The translations under genes and the position numbers were made by a program. A stretch of 64,000 nt of DNA from an uncultured Methanosarcinaceae archaeon (GTDB lineage Archaea > Halobacteriota > Methanosarcinia > Methanosarcinales > Methanosarcinaceae): contig CAVSHT010000004.1 in NCBI GenBank assembly GCA_963727895.1, positions 427,473-491,472 of the forward strand, given 5' to 3'. Below are positions 55,519 through 64,000 of this stretch, one piece after another. The notes below the pieces were generated by a model. The model worked only from the letters and a program-made list of their open reading frames with translations, did no database searches and was not told where the DNA came from. Numbering within the stretch: the stretch's first letter is position 1; the number at the start of each line of letters is the position of its first letter.

Positions 55519-56400
55519 TTAGCGCCTCCTTCTCCTGATTGTATGATAGAAAGCATCAAAAATAGGGGTGTCAGTTGTAAAAGTATAGAAGTCAGCTCCT
55601 GTTTTCATACAGGCTTTTTTAATCCTTGCGCTGTGATCATCGAGCTTTTTAAGATAGCGTTCTTTAAACTTCTCACTGACATAAGTCCTGATTTCTTCTC
55701 CGGTTTCAAGATCTATAAGCTTGCTATTACCCTGGAGGGGAAGCACTTTTTCCGTAGAGTCGAGCACCTGGATCAAAATCAAATCATGGTCCGATAACCT
55801 GGAAACTGCAGTCTCTATCGCTTCAGGTTCCTGGAGAAAATCAGATATAAGGATTACAAGAGATCTGGATTTGATTTCCCGACTATATTTTATGACAGCC
55901 TCCCCTATAGAAGTTTCTCCAGAAAGTTCAAGTTCTGTTAGCCTATCAATTGTCCGCAAAAGATTTTTTCTTCCACGGCTAGGTTTGTTTATATCGATTT
56001 CCTGTGAGAAAGTTGAGATTGCAAACCTATCGTTATATTTTGTTACCATATAGGCATAGCCTGCAGCAAGCATAGCAGCATATTCGAACTTAGAAGTTCC
56101 TTTTTCAGGATAATCCATACTTTTGCTGGCATCAAGAATGATATGGGTCGTAAGAGTTTTTTCTTCCTCAAACTGCCGTACATAAAGTTTTTCAGTCCTC
56201 GCATAGGCTTTCCAGTCAATATCTTTCAGGCTGTCATTAAAGTCGTACTCCCTGAACCCAATGGTATCGATACCGCGTCCGCTTCTGGTGGATGGACGGT
56301 TCCCAGCGTAGACTGTTGAGACCCTTTTCCTGACAGAAAATGTAAAGCGGTCAAGCTGCCTGAAAAAATCTGTTTCAATGTTTTGTTTTATGCGAGTCAT
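55519..56400 (-). CDS. DUF58 family protein
   Basis: FREY..DSLKDIDWKAYAR..LYVRQFEEE, LDASKSM, ISDFL. Confidence 0.9.
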   Translation of the reverse strand: MTRIKQNIETDFFRQLDRFTFSVRKRVSTVYAGNRPSTRSGRGIDTIGFREYDFNDSLKDIDWKAYARTEKLYVRQFEEEKTLTTHIILDASKSMDYPEKGTSKFEYAAMLAAGYAYMVTKYNDRFAISTFSQEIDINKPSRGRKNLLRTIDRLTELELSGETSIGEAVIKYSREIKSRSLVILISDFLQEPEAIETAVSRLSDHDLILIQVLDSTEKVLPLQGNSKLIDLETGEEIRTYVSEKFKERYLKKLDDHSARIKKACMKTGADFYTFTTDTPIFDAFYHTIRRRRR

Positions 56401-56510
56401 TCTGGATCGTCAATAAAAATCCGGTTATTCCGGACCCGGAAAATCCTTCAGGATTTTAAACTTATTCTGCATTCCCTTCTATGGATTGGCAAGCGATCAG
56501 AGCTCAGGTT

Positions 56511-57485
56511 TTACTTTACTTTCTTGAGAATATTCTCAATAGCCTGGTCAGGGGTCATTCCGCTTCTTTCAGCTTCAAAGGTCAAGATAAGTCTGTGGCG
56601 GAGAACAGGATATGCCATGTAGTCAATATCCTCTTTACTTACAAAGTTCCTGCCTTCTATAAGAGCTCTGGCTTTTGCGGCAAGAATAAGACCTATGGAT
56701 GCTCGCGGAGACGCTCCATACTCGATATGTTCTTTTTCCTGTCTTGTCATGCCTACAATAGAAAGAACGCGCTGTTTAAGTTCCTCAGAAATTGGAACCT
56801 GCCTTGTAAGTTTCTGCAAATCTAAAAGTGTTGATTTATCAATGCCCCTGGAAATTTTCGGGATTTCGGATTTCGTATACCTGTTTATTATTTCCATTTC
56901 CTCATCATGAGATGGATAATCTACAAGAACCTTTAAGAGAAAACGGTCAAGCTGAGCCTCAGGCAGCGGATATGTACCTTCCATTTCTATGGGATTCTGG
57001 GTAGCAAGAATGAAAAATGGTCGGTCAAGCAGGAAGGTATCATTTCCAACTGTAACCTGCTTTTCCTGCATAGCTTCCAAAAGGGCTGATTGAGTTTTAG
57101 GGGATGCTCTATTAATTTCATCTGCAAGAACGACGTTTGAAAAAACCGGCCCTGGCTGAAATCTGAATTCTTTTTTGTTGTCTGTTTCTTCAATAACGTT
57201 TGTCCCTGTAATGTCAGAAGGCATAAGGTCAGGAGTACACTGGATTCTGCTGAATTTCAGGTTCATTGCATTTGAAACTGTAGAGATCATCAGTGTTTTT
57301 CCAAGTCCTGGATTACTTTCAACAAGAGCATGACCTTCACAGAGTATTGCAATAATGATTTGCTCCACTACTTTATTTTGGCCTACCACAACATTTCCAA
57401 TTTCTTCAAAAAATGTTTTGAAAATACGGCCTGCATTCTGATAGGTCGTTGCTGCCTGTCCGGAGTCGGAATTAGTCTCATTCAT
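56511..57485 (-). CDS. moxR: MoxR-family AAA+ ATPase
   Basis: GHAL.E..PGLGKT, RIQCTPDLMPSDITG, DEINRA, ATQNPIE.EGTYPLPEAQLDRF. Confidence 0.93.
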   Translation of the reverse strand: MNETNSDSGQAATTYQNAGRIFKTFFEEIGNVVVGQNKVVEQIIIAILCEGHALVESNPGLGKTLMISTVSNAMNLKFSRIQCTPDLMPSDITGTNVIEETDNKKEFRFQPGPVFSNVVLADEINRASPKTQSALLEAMQEKQVTVGNDTFLLDRPFFILATQNPIEMEGTYPLPEAQLDRFLLKVLVDYPSHDEEMEIINRYTKSEIPKISRGIDKSTLLDLQKLTRQVPISEELKQRVLSIVGMTRQEKEHIEYGASPRASIGLILAAKARALIEGRNFVSKEDIDYMAYPVLRHRLILTFEAERSGMTPDQAIENILKKVK

Positions 57486-57666
57486 ATCTGCTTCACCCTT
57501 AATTTCTGTTTTATAGAGCTTTAAGCCCGCTTTCTCTGGATAGTATATTACCTGTTCCTGCAGCATTGTGCCTTCAGAATACTGCCTGGTTATTCAAAAA
57601 TGGCTTTTAGACAACTTTTGATAAGACTGAGTGCAGGTAAATCCAGCTTTCTATAAATTTTCCAAA

Positions 57667-58566
57667 TTATTCTTCTGAAAGTTTTTCAAAATAACTCTGG
57701 ATAACGTTCTCGTATCCTTCCGGTAGATTGTCAGAATAACTATCTGAAGCATTTACGTCAGTGCTCACAAGATCTGACTGAGTAAATGATTGATTAGTCT
57801 GGTTTCCAGTTTTCTGGTTTGTGAAGCCCTGTCCTGAACCTGGAGGAATCTTCAGATCAACCTGTTTTCCTTCCACCACCACAACAGCAGGTTTTCCAAA
57901 AAGACTGTCCTGACTACTATTGTTCGAAGTCCCGCCATTTTCTTCCACAGAGTAAAGGTTATTATTCGAATTTGAAAGGGGGACCTTTTCTATCACTTGG
58001 GAGATATATTTAGGAGTTATGTCTGTATGATAATCTGTAACTGCTATATAAGTAGAACCTGCACCTGTGAGTAACATCGACCCAATTCCTATAATTAACA
58101 ATTTTTGGTTCAGTAGTGAGGAGGGTTTTATTGGTATTAAATCGGCAACTACTCCACCTATTAGATCCTTAACAATTATATTTTCTGTGTTCCTATTGTC
58201 ATATGCTGCTCTTAGCCTTTCTTTAAGTGCTGGATGATTTTCCTCTATAAGTTTTATAGCATCTTTTTTTTCTTTATTTGTATATCTAATGGCAGTAATT
58301 ATTACAGAAAGGAGGATTTCAATCAATATAATTCCTAAAGTCTCAAATAGAACATTAAAGCCTAAAATATTATATTTTATACCTGTATAGGGTTCAAAAG
58401 CGCTTATTGTCGAAAAGATATCTTCCATATTAGTTAGTGAAAAGATTATATATAAAGTAAAAAATGTTGTAGCAAAATCAAATACATTATATATTAATCT
58501 GTAAACTCGGACTGTAGATTCGTACTTGTTAATTGATGTTTCAAGATCCAAATCATCACATCGCAC
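57667..58566 (-). CDS. Hypothetical membrane protein, first gene of the MoxR operon
   Basis: TMs, L.ERLRAAYDN, C-terminal LPEGYENVIQSYFE. Confidence 0.75.
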   Translation of the reverse strand: MRCDDLDLETSINKYESTVRVYRLIYNVFDFATTFFTLYIIFSLTNMEDIFSTISAFEPYTGIKYNILGFNVLFETLGIILIEILLSVIITAIRYTNKEKKDAIKLIEENHPALKERLRAAYDNRNTENIIVKDLIGGVVADLIPIKPSSLLNQKLLIIGIGSMLLTGAGSTYIAVTDYHTDITPKYISQVIEKVPLSNSNNNLYSVEENGGTSNNSSQDSLFGKPAVVVVEGKQVDLKIPPGSGQGFTNQKTGNQTNQSFTQSDLVSTDVNASDSYSDNLPEGYENVIQSYFEKLSEE

Positions 58567-58612
58567 AGACTTGATTACTTTTTTGGCTTTTGGACCACTT
58601 TAATTTTTCTGT

Positions 58613-59561
58613 TCACTTTTTGAAAGCTGGATATGAACCCAGTATCCTTAGAGTATCAGTTTTACTTTCTACTTCTGTTAAGGCATCTGTTATAATTGCT
58701 TCGCTTGTGTGACCTTTAAAATCAATATAGAAATAGTAATCACCAAGTTCCTTTTTTGAAGGTCTGGACTCAATCTTTGTAAGGTTAATTTTATGCTTTG
58801 CAAAAGCTCCGAGAATTCCGTATAACGCCCCTGGCCTGTCTTTTTCCAGATATAATATAATAGAGGTCTTGAAAACTGAATGACTAGAATCTTCATTCTT
58901 ACTTTCTAGTTCAGAGAGGGATTCATAACCGGATTTCTGTCCAGCATCTGGTTGTGATTTAACTAGATCTTGCTGGTCTTCCGCAGTGCACAAAATTTGC
59001 TCAACCGAACTTTTTTCTGCTACTTTCAAGACAATGAAACGGGTATAATTTTCTTTTAGGTCCTGGACGTTTGATAGAAGAACTTTTAATCCATAGCATT
59101 CGGCAGCTTCAGGGGAAGCTATTGCTGCCATCTCTTCAAATTCTCCTGCAAGTCTTGCTGCATGGGAAGTGCTGCCCGTACTTCTCAGTTCAGCGTCAGG
59201 AAAATTCTTTTTTAAGAAGTGTCTGCACTGTGCAAGTCCCTGCGGATGTGAGAGTATGACTCTTTATCTTCTCAGGACTGCCTTTAGCAAGAAGGCAGTG
59301 TTCAACTTTGACAACTATTTCTCCGACTATCTCAACCCCATTCTCAAGAAGCAAATCAAGAGTAACGCCTACTGAACCTTCAATAGAATTTTCTATAGGG
59401 ACTATTGATATATCGGATTTTTTCTGCACTATCGCCAGAAAAGCATCTTCTATATCTGCAAAATACTGAATTTCTGCATTGTTCAACCCTTTTTTCGTGA
59501 TCCAGAATTTTGCAGCTTTTTCTGAGTATGAGCCTTCTGGTCCCATTACACCTACGATCAT
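58613..59561 (-). pseudogene. pheA: Prephenate dehydratase with ACT domain, one frameshift near 59262 (or sequencing error)
   Basis: GPEGSYSE, VPIENSIEGSV, SHPQGLAQC (shifted frame), NYTRF, DRPGAL, INLTKIESRP, LGSYP. Confidence 0.9.
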
Positions 59562-59619
59562 CTGAGTGGTTAATTGGAGTGATAGTAATAATATGTTTTG
59601 TCCAGCAGAGTGATCCACT

Positions 59620-59830
59620 CGAATTGCGCTTCGGGAGCACGAAGCCCTTTTCGCTTCGCTCAAGAGGGCTAATTTTCAACAGACATTTTAATAAAAAAAG
59701 CTTAACCACAAGCCTTTTCAAAAAAAGCTTGAGCGCAAACCCCGGCAACGTTTGGATTTGATAATCTTATCCCCAAACCCTATCGGCGTGATCAACCGAC
59801 GCAACGGTTGCGGCTCAAAGGTTGCGCTTA
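59620..59830. repeat. Cluster of palindromic repeats; REP-like copy D at 59620-59672
   Basis: CGCTTCGGGAGCACG(G)AAGCCCTTTTCGCTTCGCTCAAGAGGGCT shared with copy C; further GC-rich hairpins to 59830. Confidence 0.7.
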
Positions 59831-59869
59831 AGAAATTTGGCTTTAAACAATATTATTGCCGATTTTGTT

Positions 59870-61309
59870 TTAAGAACTTCTTTCTACTGTGTAGGAAACT
59901 TTCTTTGAGCTGTTAGCTGGGACTTTTATTTTCCATTCAGCGCTAAAGGCGTCTTTTTTCTCGTATGTATCAGAGCTAGAGGTTATTTCCCAGTCACCGT
60001 AGAAATGTTCTACAATTCTTACTTCCTGAGCTTCAGATTTGTGGTTTTTAATTTCGGTTTCATAACTCTCTTTCCAGACATCCGAGCTCACTTTATTGTA
60101 ATTTGTCTGAGTTCTTGTGCCTGTAATATCAAAGGCGTCTCCGACAACAACATTAATTTCTTCGTCTTTTGGTGTATGGTCTATAGAATCTTCTCCAAGA
60201 AACTGGAGTTGACCCTGAGAATCGGCTTTGTAAACTCTTACCGTCCCTGCAGGAAGAGGCATTCCAAGACCTTTTTCTTTTGAATTGTTGAATTTTAAAG
60301 CAACTTGCACATTACTGCTTTTTGAAGTATCGAAAACAAGTTCCTTTTCTACAGGTACGGAATCTACAGAAAGCAGAGAAAGCTGTTTTGTCTGGTTATT
60401 CTTCAGGGTAGCCGGTATTTCAAGGGTATAGAGATGATATTCAAAGAGAGATTCCTCAGCAAAACCTGCCTTTGTTCCTGAGTACGCTGTTTCTGCCTCT
60501 GTCACAGTAACATCTGCAGCCCCCATTGTTGGCGTGACTACACGATGAACTTCCCCTGCAACTAACTTGAGTCTGGCATCCTTATAGGTCGTTCCGGCAT
60601 TATTATCAACACTAACCTAGCCCTGGATATCGGCTTTCTTATCATCTGCACTTTCTTTTACGATATAGTTTGCCTTCCAGCTCATACCACTCGTAAGATA
60701 GGAAGTAAGAACATCACGCTCTCCCGCTACAGGTGAGTATATTTGCCAGACCAGAGTAGGTTTTGTAAGTAAATCTGCCGAATCTGGGAACTCAAGCTTT
60801 GAAACTTCGGAAACTGTTACGACTTTGCCATCGTTCAATCTGAGCACTACACCATTGTCGTAACTTAGTAGTGTCCCTGTGTATGTGCCTCCTTCTTTTT
60901 CTGTTACAGTAATTTCTTTGTTCAGGAATTTCTCAAGAAGTTTTGAGCTACTTACCAGGTCATATTCGTAATTTTGCTCCAGCACAGCAGTATTCTTATT
61001 TTTTGTGTCTTCAAACATTACTGATGTAGGGTCAATAAGAGAAGCAACATCGGTATATTCTATCTTGTTGACCCCGGAATTGAGATCAAGTTCCCTCTTT
61101 TCCTTTACAAGAGCAAGATTATTGATATAAACAGTAACCTCAGTGCCTGAGTCTGTTGGCACAGCACCTGCTGTAAGAATTTCCAGAGGATTTGAAAGTT
61201 GTACTTTAGTAGCAATGCTCGAACTGGACTCAATACCGTTAATTGCAGTCTCGAACTTATCTGCCTGAACTTTGTTTTCCGTAAAATCAGGTCGTAAAGT
61301 AAAATCAGG
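59870..61309 (-). pseudogene. DUF4139-domain protein; in-frame TAG at 60617-60619, 5' end cut by IS1
   Basis: VTVY..NLALVKE, SYLTSGMSW.A.Y, LVAG, FEYHLY, PLPAG, GED.IDHTP. Confidence 0.85.
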
Positions 61310-61636
61310 GGCATTGTTACTTAACTATATCTAGTTCTTTATTTCTTTATTTCATCAATAGAATAACCGAGTACTTTAGCATTTCAAGACTCTTCGTATA
61401 ACACTTTGTCTTTCTTCTTAATCTTGCTAGAAAATGCCTCAATATGCTGTTATATCCTTCAACAGTATACGTTTCTGCTTTTGATTGAGTATGGATCTTT
61501 TCTGGAAGAAACTCTGCATATGCTCTCCAGTGATCTGTCATCACTTCTCCAATCTCTTTTTTCTTCAATTTTTCCCAGAGTAGTTTTCCAGTTTCCGTTC
61601 CTCTGCTGCCTAAAGAGCAGTTGATGAACTTTTTCC
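61310..61636 (-). mobile_element. IS1-family fragment (3' half only), truncated by IS6
   Basis: IR GGCATTGTTAC at 61310; InsB-like sequence ends exactly at the IS6 IR. Confidence 0.9.
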
Positions 61637-62493
61637 GGTTCCGTTGCAAAAAATATCTGCTAAGGATATAATTAAAATAAAAATGAAATCAAAGATAGTG
61701 ATATGCTATCTAATTCCTTTAAATGGAAGCACTTTGTTGGTGAAATTATTTTATTGAATGTTAGATGGTACTTAAAATACCCACTTAGTTCTAGAAATTT
61801 AAAGGAAATGATGGCAGAAAGAGGGATAATAGTCAACCATACAACCATTATGAGATGGGTACATCAATATTCACCTGAAATCGAAAAGAAGGTCAGAAGG
61901 CATTTAAGACCAACAAACGACTCTTGGAGAGTTGATGAAACTTATATCAGAGTTAAAGGTGAATGGAAATATTTTTACCGAGCAGTTGACTCAAATGGAG
62001 ATACAATTGATTTCATGTTAAGTGCAAAACGAGACCAAAAAGCAGCAAAACGTTTCTTTAAGAAAGCTTTGAACTCTAATCATAATCAAATTCCAAGAGT
62101 AATCACAGTTGACAAAAATCCAGCTTATCCACCTGCTATAGATAAACTGAAAAATGATAAAATACTACCTATAAACGTAGGCATTCGACAAATCAAATAT
62201 TTGAATAACATTATAGAACAGGATCATAGATCCATTAAACGAATAGTTAATCCAATGTTAGGATTTCAGTCTTTTCATACAGCCATTAAAACTTTAAAAG
62301 GAATTGAAGCTATGAATATGATTAAAAAAGGACAAATCAAGAACTTAAATTACTCTGGCTTTAATGAAGCTAAATATATTAATCAATTATTTGGAATAGT
62401 TCTATAATATTGACATATCTTTTTGAATATTTTAACTTTTATTCATTATTCATAGATTTACAGGCTTATTCTAAGATTTTTTGCAACGGAACC
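61637..62493 (+). mobile_element. Complete IS6-family element
   Basis: IRs GGTTCCGTTGCAAAAAAT at both ends, 857 bp; no flanking direct repeat. Confidence 0.95.
61703..62407 (+). CDS. IS6-family transposase
   Basis: Near-identical to 3406-4110. Confidence 0.93.
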   Translation: MLSNSFKWKHFVGEIILLNVRWYLKYPLSSRNLKEMMAERGIIVNHTTIMRWVHQYSPEIEKKVRRHLRPTNDSWRVDETYIRVKGEWKYFYRAVDSNGDTIDFMLSAKRDQKAAKRFFKKALNSNHNQIPRVITVDKNPAYPPAIDKLKNDKILPINVGIRQIKYLNNIIEQDHRSIKRIVNPMLGFQSFHTAIKTLKGIEAMNMIKKGQIKNLNYSGFNEAKYINQLFGIVL

Positions 62494-63607
62494 GTTTCAA
62501 CTATTACTGAGCCTCTTCGATTGTCATATGCACTTGGAATATTTTTACCCTCTGTGAAATGGTTGTATTCTAAAGGTCTATTTTACTGATTTATTCTTAT
62601 TAATTGAAATTTTTGTGGAAATATTTATACATTTAGGGTGGTTATTAGCTCTCTTCCCATGGTCCAAATTTCATTACTTGTATATTATTTTACTATTTTT
62701 TAGAGTGTAATTCCTTTAAATAATTGATCCATTATTTCAATGAAATAAACATTCAATCAATAAACTAATGTTAAAAAGATACATTAAAAAAGAGAAATTA
62801 AACAACATTAACTGTTAAAAATATTATATACAATAAGCCCCTAGTATAACTTGCGTTCTCATCTCTTTAACACCCCACTAGCAAAGAACACCTACTCGAG
62901 AACATTACTCCACAGCAAAGGGATAAAAAGAAACTCGCAACCTATAAGTCAAAGTACCTCAAATAAATCTCTTCCCAAAATATAATAAAGTGAGTCTCTT
63001 AAATGCCGTTCGGAACTCCCAGGTTTTTGGATGAGAACGCTACCTAATTTTATAAGTTTCATGAACTCTATTTCATAATGAGCCTATCCCAAATAGAACA
63101 TTTTTAGCTAATGATACCATCAAAATTGAAAAGGAATTCACATGTATAAATAATTTAAGATAATATAGATTTATTCATAGGGAAAAATATGATTCTTGAA
63201 AATTAACGATATTAATAAATAATTTAAATGATAACTAAATATATTAATAATTATTTACATTCATTATTTATATTGATTCTATATAATGCTAAAATAAAAT
63301 CATTAAAATTTAATTAATAAAACTTTTTAGAGGTGCAAATGTTATTTAAATAATATATATCTATATAAATTATTTATTTTAATCTTTTATTAATTAAGAT
63401 TAATTATTTAAATTATTAAATTAATTTGCAAATATAAATTATTTATAATTTACAAAATAAATATGTAAATAATTTTTTAACCTTTATTATATATATTCAC
63501 TTATTACTACTGTATTTGCTAATTTTATTAGTAATATTTATATTATTTAATGTTTGGCATTTTCTAATATTCATACATATAATATTAATACAACATCTTT
63601 CAAATTC

Positions 63608-63663
63608 ATGCAACATTATGCAACACTATGTAGCATCATCCAACATTGTGTAATACCATGTAA
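63608..63663. repeat. Degenerate 10-bp tandem repeat, about 5.5 units
   Basis: ATGCAACATT ATGCAACACT ATGTAGCATC ATCCAACATT GTGTAATACC ATGTAA. Confidence 0.65.
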
Positions 63664-63743
63664 AAGAAGCCTATAACAACATACTATAATTAACGATAGG
63701 TGCTGCAGCAGGTAAGTTAGTTAATATAGTATGTAATATAATG

Positions 63744-63999
63744 TTAAACATGCAATTTCAAACAAAATACCACATATGCTATCATTTAACATCATGTCAA
63801 TATAACTTAAAGTGAAATTCCCTTTAACTAAATAAAGAATAAAAAAATATAGGATTCTTGTTAAAAAGTTATTTATTTTTAACAAGAATCCTATATTTTT
63901 TTATTCTTTATTTAGTTAAAGGGAATTTCACTTTAAGTTATATTGACATGATGTTAAATGATAGCATATGTGGTATTTCTTTTGAAATTGCATGTTTAA
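63744..63999. repeat. Long inverted repeat: 124-bp arms, 8-nt spacer
   Basis: 63744-63867 is the reverse complement of 63876-63999 apart from two adjacent mismatches; spacer GTTATTTA. Confidence 0.95.
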
Positions 64000-64000
64000 T

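Noticed and set aside
62494..63060. Gene right of IS6
   Set aside because: Only short broken frames; no family recognised

Overview
Archaeal chromosome segment, most likely Methanosarcina (inferred from tiaS, CDC48, an archaellin cluster, an hdrA1C1B1-type operon with adjacent paired regulators, a PAS/HisKA_2 kinase and PRC-barrel protein). Core content: two tandem LarA-family genes, tiaS, nadE, cdc48, a 2-oxoacid:ferredoxin oxidoreductase, a LeuC/HacA large subunit, HdrACB, three tRNAs (2x Ile-GAT, Ala-GGC), three FKBP PPIases, an NDP-sugar synthase, a MoxR-DUF58-vWA operon, pheA and a DUF4139 gene. The window is IS-rich (five IS1-family copies, two IS6-family copies, one IS110-family element nested in an IS1, several MITE/REP-like palindromes) and many genes are broken, most strongly the archaellum motor genes. 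Some single-base indels could be assembly errors. Best leads: (1) a structured ~240-nt non-coding leader of the IS110 element with short matches to both its own end junction and its IS1 target, i.e. a candidate archaeal bridge RNA; (2) a 124-bp-arm inverted repeat next to a very AT-rich tract and 10-bp phased repeats at the window end; (3) a modular REP-like palindrome family consistently oriented in 3' UTRs; (4) a TIR fusion protein next to IS elements; (5) in-frame amber codons in a lineage that uses pyrrolysine. All annotations are by eye, with no database searches.
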